DNA from: Clostridiaceae bacterium
GTDB taxonomy: Bacteria > Bacillota > Clostridia > Saccharofermentanales > UBA5734
Direction of reading: 5' to 3'
NCBI GenBank assembly: GCA_012522285.1
Contig: JAAYKS010000108.1
Span: 1-27,143 of the forward strand
Length of the DNA: 27,143 nucleotides
How positions within the stretch are numbered: position 1 is the first letter of the stretch; every line of letters begins with the position of its first letter. Positions 1 to 8,202 of this stretch are shown here, piece after piece. The notes beneath the pieces are model-generated. The model was not told the origin of the DNA and did no database searches. It worked only from the letters and a program-made list of their open reading frames with translations. The position numbers and the translations under genes are program-made.

Positions 1-1052
1 GTGTAGTACCACCCGATCCCGGGTTCGGTCTCCTCGGACGCGATCAAGTAATCCGCGTGCCGGTTGGCCATATAGGCGGTCTCGAGTGTCGCCATCAGAC
101 AGGCATCAAAACCGATCCAGTCAAACGTGACGCCCGCGCCGGACAACGCGGCATCGATCTCATCGATCGACATCGAACCTTCCTGCGGAAACACCTGGTC
201 GTATCCGTATCCGGTAAGCGATCCGCCTCCGTGGTCCCAAAAGATCAGCGCATACCGGTTCGCGGGATACCGGTCGGCACAATAGGAGACAAAATTCCGC
301 AAGGTGTCGGGATTGGTCATGGGCCGCGCGCCGAGGTCGGATTCCAAACGCTCGAGACCCGTGTCCGTCACGCGATATCGCTGGTTGGTCTGACTCGAAA
401 TCACAGAGTTGCGCCAGCTTGAAGTGCCGCCGGTCTCCACGATGATCTGTACCTGGTCTCCGACCGTCGCGTACAACATCTCGTTCAGATCCGCCGTCGC
501 CATACCGTATTCGCTCTCGAGATCGGTGCCGCACATAAACAGCATGATCGTGAATACGTCGGCTCCGTTCCCCTTGATTGTGGTGCGGGGTGAGCGGGTT
601 TCCAGAACGCCGGTGGGAGGAATTGTCGCGGCCGTAGTGCCGCCCGGCAGAGTTGTACGCCGGGTGGTCGGTGCGACGATGGAGGGATTGGGATCGGTTG
701 TGGGCGGGGTCTCGGTCGGCCCTCCCAGGATGCCGCAGGACTTTAATATGAAATAGCCGGCGACCAGTACCACGGCAATCAACATCCATCTGGGTATCGA
801 TTTTATGCCGCGGCCCGAAGGGGTGGTACCCGACCCAAACGGACTGCCCGAGGTGCCGCCTGACGATCCGCCGGCTCCATAGGGAGGAACAGTTCCCCCT
901 CCACCAGTGCGCTGTGCTGCCTTGCGGTCACGGTAGCCGTCGGCTTTGCCGACCGGTCCGCCCATCCCCAAACCGGAACCACGCCGGAATACACCACCGC
1001 CACTCGCCTTGCCAGCGGGTTTTTGGGGTCTTCCTCCGCTTTTGCGTTCCAT
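1..1052 (-). CDS. Clostripain-family (peptidase C11) cysteine peptidase, membrane-anchored; 3'-partial (runs off the window start)
   Basis: Manual translation, absent from the ORF track because it has no stop in the window. ATG at 1052 with GGAGG RBS. Sequence runs MERKSGGRPQ (Gly-rich), TM helix WMLIAVVLVAGYFIL, Pro/Thr linker, then TIMLFMCGTDLES, LIFWDHGGG (catalytic His), IGFDACLM (catalytic Cys) and YLIASEETEPGIGWYY. Confidence 0.9.
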   Translation of the reverse strand, partial: MERKSGGRPQKPAGKASGGGVFRRGSGLGMGGPVGKADGYRDRKAAQRTGGGGTVPPYGAGGSSGGTSGSPFGSGTTPSGRGIKSIPRWMLIAVVLVAGYFILKSCGILGGPTETPPTTDPNPSIVAPTTRRTTLPGGTTAATIPPTGVLETRSPRTTIKGNGADVFTIMLFMCGTDLESEYGMATADLNEMLYATVGDQVQIIVETGGTSSWRNSVISSQTNQRYRVTDTGLERLESDLGARPMTNPDTLRNFVSYCADRYPANRYALIFWDHGGGSLTGYGYDQVFPQEGSMSIDEIDAALSGAGVTFDWIGFDACLMATLETAYMANRHADYLIASEETEPGIGWYY

Positions 1053-1170
1053 ATACGAATCCTCCGCAACCTGCCTGTCGGGACACGGGCGACACAGAAG
1101 GCCGGATCCGTGTAGCGGCCGGTCTCACCATCAGTGTAGCACTCCCGATCGTCAGGGGGCCGAGGCGGAT

Positions 1171-2880
1171 TTAGTCAATGTGTTTGTCGATATGGAAGCG
1201 CTGAATTTTACGGGTGGTGTTTTTGGGAAACTCTTCCGCGCGCAGTTTGACATGATTTACCGTCTTATAGGAGACCATGCGGGCGTTGACTTTCTTGACC
1301 TCCGCGTTGAAATACGCGAGCGGATCTTCGACCCCTATGGAATGGATTTTGTCCGCGTTCGGATAAATCTCCGCGACGATGAGCTCTTTGTTTTTGAGAT
1401 TCCCACCCTCCCCCGCGTATACGACGACTTCCTCGACGCCCGGAATCTGCGCGATTTCGTTTTCAATTTCCTCGGGATATACGTTCTTGCCGTTGGAGAG
1501 AATGATCAGGTTTTTGAGACGCCCGGTGATATAGAGCCAGCCTTCTTCGTCCAGCTTGCCATAGTCCCCGGTGTGGAAAAACCCGTCGGCGTCAAACACC
1601 GCGGCCGTCGCTTCCGGATCTTTGTAGTATCCACTCATGACATTGGGGCCCTTGACGCAGATTTCGCCTTCTCCGTTCTCATCCGGGTCGACGATGCGCA
1701 CGATTTCGTCCTTGATCGGGAACCCGACGCTCCCGCGTTTCTGGAGTTTGTTCCGGTTGCAGGAAACCAGCGGGGCACACTCGGTGATGCCGTAGCCGTT
1801 GAGGAGTGTGACGCCGATCCCGTCAAAGGTGTCGATGATGTCCTGTCGGAGCGCGGCACCGCCGGAAATCACCATCTCGAGCTTGCCGCCGAGCTGTGCA
1901 AGAACGCTTTTGAAGAGCGTCCGACGCAAATCAATCCCGACTTTCCGGAGCAGGTTGCTTGCCTTCATCATCGTGCGCAATAGTGAGGCTTTGCCCTGTT
2001 CTTCCGCGCTGGTCCAGATCCGGCTGTGGAGTTTTTCCAGAAAGAGCGGAACCAGTACCAGGTGGGAAGGCTGTTGCTCCTTGATCTCCGCGCCGATGTA
2101 GCGCAGACCGCTGGAAAGATAGATCGTGGAACCCTGTGAAATGTGTCCCACAAGGATGACAGTCGAACCGAAAGTGTGGTGCAGCGGCAGGGTGCAGATC
2201 GTCCGGGGCGTGATCGCAAAATAGTACATCCCGTTGGTCATATCCAGCGCGATATTGCGTTGGGAGAGCATGACCCCCTTGCCCTTGCCGGTCGTCCCGG
2301 AGGTGAACACGATGGTCGCGAGGCGGTCCGGGTCGATCGGGGTATCGTAGTAGGAGGTGTCCCCTCCCAGAAACGCTTCCCGGCCACTGACGGCGATCTC
2401 TTCCAGTGCGATTGCTTCTTCACACCCGGGAGAGCCGAGGCAGAGCCAGGAGTCCATTCCGGGCACCTGTCCCCGGAATGACGAAACCTTGGGCTCGATG
2501 GAGGCGCCGTGGAGCAGACCCACGCACTCCGCGGTCCGCAGGATGTCCGCCATATCTTCCGCAGGCATATCATTATCGATCGGCACCACCACCGACCCGA
2601 TGGACATCAATGCGAGATAGGAACAGATCCAGTCGTAGGAATTCTCTCCCGCGAGCGCGATGTGCCGGTCACGGAATCCGAGCCCGATCAGTCCCGTCCC
2701 GAGATCCCTCACCCGGTCGCGCAGCTGACTGTAGGTGACATCGACCACGGACTTGTCCCGCGGATCGGCCTTGTAGGCGATAGCGGTCCGCTCTGGAAAA
2801 CGCTGGGCGGCGTTTTCGACCATCACGCGAAAGTCGTCAAACTCCGTGGTTTCATAGAGCGGGTAGTTTTTCCGTGCCAT
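1171..2880 (-). CDS. Long-chain fatty-acid--CoA ligase / AMP-binding enzyme (FadD-like), 569 aa
   Basis: ANL-superfamily motifs FTSGTTGKGKG, NGYGITE, FHTGD, GRLK and NVYPEEIE. RBS AGGAG upstream of the ATG. Confidence 0.9.
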   Translation of the reverse strand: MARKNYPLYETTEFDDFRVMVENAAQRFPERTAIAYKADPRDKSVVDVTYSQLRDRVRDLGTGLIGLGFRDRHIALAGENSYDWICSYLALMSIGSVVVPIDNDMPAEDMADILRTAECVGLLHGASIEPKVSSFRGQVPGMDSWLCLGSPGCEEAIALEEIAVSGREAFLGGDTSYYDTPIDPDRLATIVFTSGTTGKGKGVMLSQRNIALDMTNGMYYFAITPRTICTLPLHHTFGSTVILVGHISQGSTIYLSSGLRYIGAEIKEQQPSHLVLVPLFLEKLHSRIWTSAEEQGKASLLRTMMKASNLLRKVGIDLRRTLFKSVLAQLGGKLEMVISGGAALRQDIIDTFDGIGVTLLNGYGITECAPLVSCNRNKLQKRGSVGFPIKDEIVRIVDPDENGEGEICVKGPNVMSGYYKDPEATAAVFDADGFFHTGDYGKLDEEGWLYITGRLKNLIILSNGKNVYPEEIENEIAQIPGVEEVVVYAGEGGNLKNKELIVAEIYPNADKIHSIGVEDPLAYFNAEVKKVNARMVSYKTVNHVKLRAEEFPKNTTRKIQRFHIDKHID

Positions 2881-2937
2881 GTGTTTGATCTCCTATAGAA
2901 AAGAATCGATGGGACCGGATTGGAACACGGTCTGTAT

Positions 2938-2951
2938 CACTGTCCACAGTG
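2938..2951. promoter_or_regulatory. Palindrome CACTGT-cc-ACAGTG upstream of the acyl-CoA ligase; possible operator
   Basis: 6-bp inverted repeat with a 2-nt spacer, about 60 nt upstream of the start codon. Function is inferred. Confidence 0.3.
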
Positions 2952-3058
2952 TGCCGGTTTTGTTTTAAAAAACTACCCGCTGTCCGTTTGATTTCATTGC
3001 TGATGATAACGTGCGCGTGGTCGAAAAGCAAACCTGCTCTACGTTTTAGAAGAGCGTC

Positions 3059-4144
3059 TTAAGTGCCATCGGCGCGTACCTGCTCCCGTGTTTTGGCCAG
3101 CAGATCCTGTACCCGCACCGGCAGCCCGGTTCGGCTGCTTTCGATGGCTGCAAACACGATCGCGACGGCCTGTAAATTTTCTTCGACACGGGTTTCCATC
3201 GGGGAGCCCCCGTCCAGCCATCCGATGAATTTTTCAATCAGCCAGGCATTGGCCCATTTTGGCTGTGCAAGCATGGGAAGTTTCGTCCCCTCCCCTTCCC
3301 GCGCATGGGTCCACGTGGCCTCCGGATTGTAGACAAACCGCTCCATTTGGCGATGGTCGAGGATCAGGGTCGCTTGTTCGCATTCCGCGCGAATGTACTC
3401 GTTGGCCCACGGATGGAGGCCGACCGCATTGGTGTCCGCTCCCTCATAGGAGATCCGGACTCCGTTTTCACAAGTTATTTGAACCAGCCCCTGCGCATGG
3501 TTTTTGAAATCGCTCCAGGGTGGATTCCAGGTCGTGGCGTACACCGTCTCGACCGGAGCACCGGCCATGTCGGCGAGCAAATCGAGATGGTGCACCGCGC
3601 CCTCCAGCAGGAGCGGGTGGTCCATTTCGTGCCGGAATCCCCAGCAGCCCGCACGGCGCAAATCGGTGGAGTACCGGCAGCAAAGATAGTCCAGCCGTCC
3701 GTTCCTGCCGCTCTGGAGCTCTTCACGCAACGTGGTTTTGTCCATGTCGAACCGGTGGCTCATGGTCACGCCCATCTTGACCCCCGCCCGGCGCACCTTG
3801 TCCGCGATCCGGACCGCGCCTTCCAGCGTGTCCGCTATGGGTTTTTCGGTGAGGATATGCATCCCGTGGCGCAGCGCGCAGTCGACCACTTGCTCATGAA
3901 AACGAGGCGGTACCACGATCGCACAGCAATCCGCTTCCACCTGTGCGAAGGCCTTCTCCACATCGGAAAAACACTGGGCGTCGGTCAACCCGAGATGCTT
4001 TTTCGCGTTCTCCAGGGCTGCGGGATCGAGGTCGACCGCGGCGACCACCTCCACCACACCATCTGCGACGTTGGGTGGCAGAAAATCCCTGCACCACCAT
4101 TCTCCCCAGCCTCCGGTGCCGACCAGAATCATCCGGTGTCCCAT
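3059..4144 (-). CDS. Gfo/Idh/MocA family NAD(P)-dependent oxidoreductase, 361 aa
   Basis: Rossmann motif LVGTGGWG, HILTEKPIA motif, and LLEGAVHHLD catalytic His region. Confidence 0.9.
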   Translation of the reverse strand: MGHRMILVGTGGWGEWWCRDFLPPNVADGVVEVVAAVDLDPAALENAKKHLGLTDAQCFSDVEKAFAQVEADCCAIVVPPRFHEQVVDCALRHGMHILTEKPIADTLEGAVRIADKVRRAGVKMGVTMSHRFDMDKTTLREELQSGRNGRLDYLCCRYSTDLRRAGCWGFRHEMDHPLLLEGAVHHLDLLADMAGAPVETVYATTWNPPWSDFKNHAQGLVQITCENGVRISYEGADTNAVGLHPWANEYIRAECEQATLILDHRQMERFVYNPEATWTHAREGEGTKLPMLAQPKWANAWLIEKFIGWLDGGSPMETRVEENLQAVAIVFAAIESSRTGLPVRVQDLLAKTREQVRADGT

Positions 4145-4147
4145 GTG

Positions 4148-4795
4148 CTATCTCTCCTCCCCGCAAGTCCAGAGGATGCCCCGGGCGAGCACCGTCCGAA
4201 AATGCGGATCTTCATATGCCGCCCGGTCGTGTCCGGACTGGTAGCAAAACACCTTTGCGTTGCGGTAGTGCCGAGTCCAGGCGATCACGCCGAGGCTTTC
4301 CGTACAGGGCGTCGAGAGCAGGATGTCCGACCCCTCTCCGGGATCTGCGGCGTCATAGGTTTCGTCGACCAGGTCCCAGTCCTCCAATCCCCGTGTGATC
4401 GGGTGGCCGGGATGCTCGATGTGCGAACGGACGGTTCGGCCAAACGCGTACTGGTAGTTTTTCCGATCCGGGATCCCGGTTACGTCGGTCCACATGTCCC
4501 ATTCTGGAAACGCAAGTACCGCATGGTGCAGCACCACAATCCCCTGTCCGCGCTTTGCGATCGCCTCGAGAGATGCCTTGTCGATCGTGTTCCAGGCGGG
4601 AGCGTCTGCCGGCGTCTCCAGCTCCATCGCAAAGAAAACCACCGCGTCGTAGCAGTCGGTGTATCCTCCGAAGTTCGTGCAAAATTCCTGAACCGACTGC
4701 ACATGACAATCGATGCCGGGCAGGCTGCGCAGGCATGCGTTGAAGGCCGGGACATCGTAAGGGTGGCCTCCGGTCAGAACCGCGACCGTTTTCAT
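4148..4795 (-). CDS. ThuA-like domain protein (class I glutamine amidotransferase-like fold), 215 aa
   Basis: VLTGGH N-terminus, GIVVLHHA, HPITRGL...DETY and VFCYQSGHD are typical ThuA motifs. Ends 3 nt before the oxidoreductase. Confidence 0.8.
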   Translation of the reverse strand: MKTVAVLTGGHPYDVPAFNACLRSLPGIDCHVQSVQEFCTNFGGYTDCYDAVVFFAMELETPADAPAWNTIDKASLEAIAKRGQGIVVLHHAVLAFPEWDMWTDVTGIPDRKNYQYAFGRTVRSHIEHPGHPITRGLEDWDLVDETYDAADPGEGSDILLSTPCTESLGVIAWTRHYRNAKVFCYQSGHDRAAYEDPHFRTVLARGILWTCGEER

Positions 4796-4810
4796 GGATG
4801 GATCCTCCTG

Positions 4811-5377
4811 TCAGGGGTCCTTTCGGACCGGTATACGAGACTGATGTTCCTCAAACAGGTTTTTGGCCTTGTGAAAGGAAAACAGGAACGCGATATTGGA
4901 GATCAGGCCGATCAGCATGCTCGCGAGCGAGAGTTCCGGGAAGATCTGGAACAGCAGGATGGTGCCGAACGAGGCAAATGCCATCCAGATCCAGAACAGG
5001 CGCAGGGACTCCGCGTTGAGCGGGATCCCCGCCGCTGACTCCATGTCCGCCACTCCCTTGGCGATTTCGTACGTGATCTTGAGTGAAACCGTGATTGACA
5101 ACTGCTCGAGCGGCAGGGTAATCGCGGTCCCCAGCATGGCGGACAAACCGACCAGGTCCGAAACCCACAGCGCCGCGGTATAGATCACCATCCCCGTAAC
5201 CCACGGGCGGGCACGGGCGAATCTTCTGCTGTACGGCGCCATCGCATCCAGTCCCAGGCGGATGAGGATGTAACCGACAAAGTCCGGAATCAACCCGACG
5301 ATGTGAATTCCTCCCGCACCGAAGGTGATGTCGAAATCGAGCAGGGCCATCAGCAGCCCGTAGAATATTCTCTGCAT
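4811..5377 (-). CDS. Hypothetical integral membrane protein (about 5 TM), 188 aa
   Basis: Several hydrophobic segments and a conserved-looking LIPDFVGYIL motif. RBS AAAGGA. Ends 15 nt before the ThuA-like gene. Confidence 0.75.
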   Translation of the reverse strand: MQRIFYGLLMALLDFDITFGAGGIHIVGLIPDFVGYILIRLGLDAMAPYSRRFARARPWVTGMVIYTAALWVSDLVGLSAMLGTAITLPLEQLSITVSLKITYEIAKGVADMESAAGIPLNAESLRLFWIWMAFASFGTILLFQIFPELSLASMLIGLISNIAFLFSFHKAKNLFEEHQSRIPVRKDP

Positions 5378-5421
5378 GGGTTGTTTCCTTTCGTCGGTCC
5401 GTATCCAGCGGGTGCCTGACC

Positions 5422-5469
5422 ATTCTACCCCCGAAACGGTACACGATCATCTCCAAAAGGATGATCGTG
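5422..5469 (-). promoter_or_regulatory. Putative -10 (TAGAAT, 5422-5427) with a perfect 10-bp inverted repeat (5442-5469) over the -35 zone
   Basis: CACGATCATC-N8-GATGATCGTG is seen directly. There is no U-tract, so an operator or stabilising hairpin is as likely as a terminator. Confidence 0.4.
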
Positions 5470-5523
5470 CCCCCGATGAGGGCCGCGAAGCCGGGGACTT
5501 TCCGCAAAGCGCATCTGCGGTCT

Positions 5524-6924
5524 TCAGCCCAGATCTCGGAGCGCACGACCCACCGCGCGCATGTTTGCGACCCGCATCTCCGCGTACTCCCGCGACAGCA
5601 TGATACCAGACGCACCGGCTTCGAACGCCTGGATCACGGCCCGATAAACGATTTCCGGATCTCCTCCAAAATGGTCGTCGCCGTAGGGCACATCGAACCC
5701 GATCCCCGGATAGACAGGCACCTGACCGCCCACACCGTCGACGATGCGACGCGTCAGCCGATAGACGTAATCCTCGGAAAACCCGCAGGTGTCCATTTCG
5801 TTCAGTTCGGGTTCACGCGTTTTGTCGTATCCCATCAAATCGTAGAACGCCTCTGCCAGAAGTCCCATCGAGGTGTCCCTCAGCAGGGTCTTTTGCGCCC
5901 GGGCCAGATACCAGTTTTTGATCCGCGGCGCCGCGATGTCGTGATACGCGATCGGTTTGACAAAGTCGCAATACCGGGCGAGCGCTCCATAGTCGATCTC
6001 CGCGCGCTGGAACAAATCCCACGTGCTCTGCTGATGGTCGACATGAATGCCAAAGCGGGCATCCGGCCGGATGATTTTCACAGCGCCATACAGACGCTTG
6101 GCCAGATCTTCCTTGGAGTCGTGCGCCATCTGCTCCCATGCCAGTATTTCGGGATATCGGAGAAGGATCCGCAGAAAGGTGGGGAAAGCGCCGTCGACCG
6201 GATTTTCCGTCCCGTTCTTGAGCCCGAGATTGTATTCGTAGAGTTTCTGAAAGCCTTCGCGGGCACGTTCCCCGTTGATGCCTGCCGCCCGGGCGCGCGC
6301 CATGCAGTGATCGCAAAAGCAGGTCGGAACGTCATCCCAGAACAACATCCGAGACAGGGGACCGCAACGCTCGGATCCGTACTGGAGACCGTCGATCGGA
6401 TAGGTTTTGAACATGTCCTCGACAGAGCTCATCCAAAAGCGCTGGTATTCGGGGTTGTTGAAGCAGGTGTTGGGATGCAGCCGGCCGTAGACGTCGATCG
6501 AGAGCACCTGGGACCAGTTTTCGACATAGCGCATCGTGCGCGCCTGGTGGGGTTCCAGGAAACGGGCGAACACCTTCATTCCCCGCTTGCGGGCGGGTTC
6601 TGCCAGATCTTCCAGGATGTCGTGCCCGGCATACTCCGTCCCCTCCGGGTCCGGCCGATGCCGGAGCACCGTGCCACGGAACCGCTCCTCGTGGTGGCGG
6701 ATCCAGAGGCCGGGGAGTTTTCTCCCCCGCTCGTCCCGGACCGGTACTCCGTGGTCCTGCGCCAACGCGTCGCGCGGGCGGTTGTGGGCGCCGTAATACG
6801 TATGGGTATAGGCGATCAGGGTGTTGACCCCCGCCGTATCCTGCATCAGATCGAGTGCGTGTTCGATCCCCTCGTCGTACAATCCGACCGGGTTGACCTG
6901 GATCCCTACAAATCCGTCTCTCAT
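5524..6924 (-). CDS. Uncharacterised protein, probably a glycoside-hydrolase-like TIM barrel, 466 aa
   Basis: Long ORF with an RBS. Alternating beta/alpha pattern with motifs CFNNPEY, YPIDGLQYGSE, DFVKPIAY and VYPGIGFD, which resemble GHL10/DUF187-like barrels. Family not confirmed. Confidence 0.6.
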   Translation of the reverse strand: MRDGFVGIQVNPVGLYDEGIEHALDLMQDTAGVNTLIAYTHTYYGAHNRPRDALAQDHGVPVRDERGRKLPGLWIRHHEERFRGTVLRHRPDPEGTEYAGHDILEDLAEPARKRGMKVFARFLEPHQARTMRYVENWSQVLSIDVYGRLHPNTCFNNPEYQRFWMSSVEDMFKTYPIDGLQYGSERCGPLSRMLFWDDVPTCFCDHCMARARAAGINGERAREGFQKLYEYNLGLKNGTENPVDGAFPTFLRILLRYPEILAWEQMAHDSKEDLAKRLYGAVKIIRPDARFGIHVDHQQSTWDLFQRAEIDYGALARYCDFVKPIAYHDIAAPRIKNWYLARAQKTLLRDTSMGLLAEAFYDLMGYDKTREPELNEMDTCGFSEDYVYRLTRRIVDGVGGQVPVYPGIGFDVPYGDDHFGGDPEIVYRAVIQAFEAGASGIMLSREYAEMRVANMRAVGRALRDLG

Positions 6925-6984
6925 GTCTCTCTCCCCACTCTGTGACTTGCGATCCCTGTATTCACCTGGTCCGCACTTCTCAAC

Positions 6985-7371
6985 CTATCTGCGCTTTTCT
7001 CCGGTCCGTATCAACCAGATGATCTCCTCTTCGGTGGAGTACTGGTCGTAGTCCCCGACCAATGTGCCTGGATGGTGGTAGACGATTCCGTTTTTTTCAT
7101 TCCGTTCGAGTGCCCGCATCAGGTCTTCTTCCCCGAACTCCCGGATGTAGCGCGCAAATGCCCGGATGCGGACTTTGTCCAGCATATTTCCCGTACAAGG
7201 AAATTCCGGACACTCCCAACACCCACGGTACCCTTTATCGATACAGCAAAGCCGGTTCTTGCACCATTCCCGGTCTGCGCAGCCATCGTTGCGGCAACCC
7301 GCGCAGGTCGCGTTTTCACCACAAACACAGCAAGCAAGTCCGCAGTACGCCAGTCCTTTTTCCCGATCCAT
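6985..7371 (-). CDS. DUF3795 family Cys-rich (metal-binding) protein, 128 aa
   Basis: AYCGLACCVC...CAGC...C...CC...CWECPEFPC pattern. Start moved to ATG 7371, which has a GGAAGGA RBS and lies 5 nt past the upstream stop. Confidence 0.85.
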   Translation of the reverse strand: MDREKGLAYCGLACCVCGENATCAGCRNDGCADREWCKNRLCCIDKGYRGCWECPEFPCTGNMLDKVRIRAFARYIREFGEEDLMRALERNEKNGIVYHHPGTLVGDYDQYSTEEEIIWLIRTGEKRR

Positions 7372-7376
7372 TTTGC

Positions 7377-8126
7377 TTATTCCTTCCATGCCATCCAGCC
7401 GTATCCGGCTGCTATCTCCATCGCTTGGTCCTCTTCACCCCGCGGCACAGGAACGGCGATTTCCACCCACTGATACCGAACCGGGATGAACCTGCCGCCA
7501 CTCCCAATCTGGCGCAGGGTGAACACCAATACGGCCGGACTTCCCGTCATGAGTCGGACCTGTTCGAGCCGGGCGATCCATTTCCGGTTCCACGTGTACA
7601 GCACACCCAGGTACCAAATGCCTTCCCGGGAAAGGATCGCCTCGGGTCGCGCGCGGTCAGCACGGCGGTTGTGCGCACGCATCGCGGTAAACCCAACCAG
7701 GGCGAACAAGACCGCCAGCCCTCCCATGATCGCAAGAAACAACCCGTTCTCCGAAGCGTCGAATAAAAAAACGATCAGGCCGATCAACAGAAACAAAACG
7801 GCAAGCGCAAAGCCCCCCAACACTGCCGCACCGTTTCCACCTTTCTCTTCCCGGACGATCGCTTTCCACTCAGTAGAGCTGTAATGCCAATGCGCGAGCT
7901 GCATCGACGGATCACGCATCCGCGAAGCCACGTCCGCCCGGTCCCAAAATACCAGAAATGCCACGAAAGAGGAGACGACCACAAAAATGCCAACAAAGAA
8001 GAGGGCGTATCCACCGCGCATCCCGTCCGCTCCCGCCAGAGGGGGCAGCAGGATCACCAGCCAACCGGCCAGAAAAATAGCCAGACAGACCACAGCGGCA
8101 CGACGTTCCCTGCGAGTGGCATCCAT
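7377..8126 (-). CDS. Hypothetical membrane protein (4 TM plus soluble C-terminal region), 249 aa
   Basis: Two TM hairpins. ATG 8126 has a GGGAGG RBS. A perfect TATAAT lies at 8167-8172 on the minus strand. Confidence 0.75.
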   Translation of the reverse strand: MDATRRERRAAVVCLAIFLAGWLVILLPPLAGADGMRGGYALFFVGIFVVVSSFVAFLVFWDRADVASRMRDPSMQLAHWHYSSTEWKAIVREEKGGNGAAVLGGFALAVLFLLIGLIVFLFDASENGLFLAIMGGLAVLFALVGFTAMRAHNRRADRARPEAILSREGIWYLGVLYTWNRKWIARLEQVRLMTGSPAVLVFTLRQIGSGGRFIPVRYQWVEIAVPVPRGEEDQAMEIAAGYGWMAWKE

Positions 8127-8202
8127 GCCGGGGTCCTCCCTCTTTCTTTCGCGTTCCATGACTGAAATTATACCCGAGTCGGAGACTACAGCACAGGAGG
8201 GT

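Noticed and set aside
160-789. 209-aa minus-strand ORF, and ORF 803..1069
   Set aside because: These are wrong-frame overlaps of the clostripain gene, which lies in a third frame.
946-1983. 345-aa plus-strand ORF, and similar long plus-strand ORFs (3305..5038, 5461..6945, 11242..11859, 18922..20079, 21419..22207, 25450..25983)
   Set aside because: These are antisense shadows of well-supported minus-strand genes, as expected at high GC. They show no recognisable motifs or RBS.
3045-3056. GCTCT/AGAGC hairpin after the oxidoreductase as a terminator
   Set aside because: The stem is short and interrupted and the U-tract is weak.
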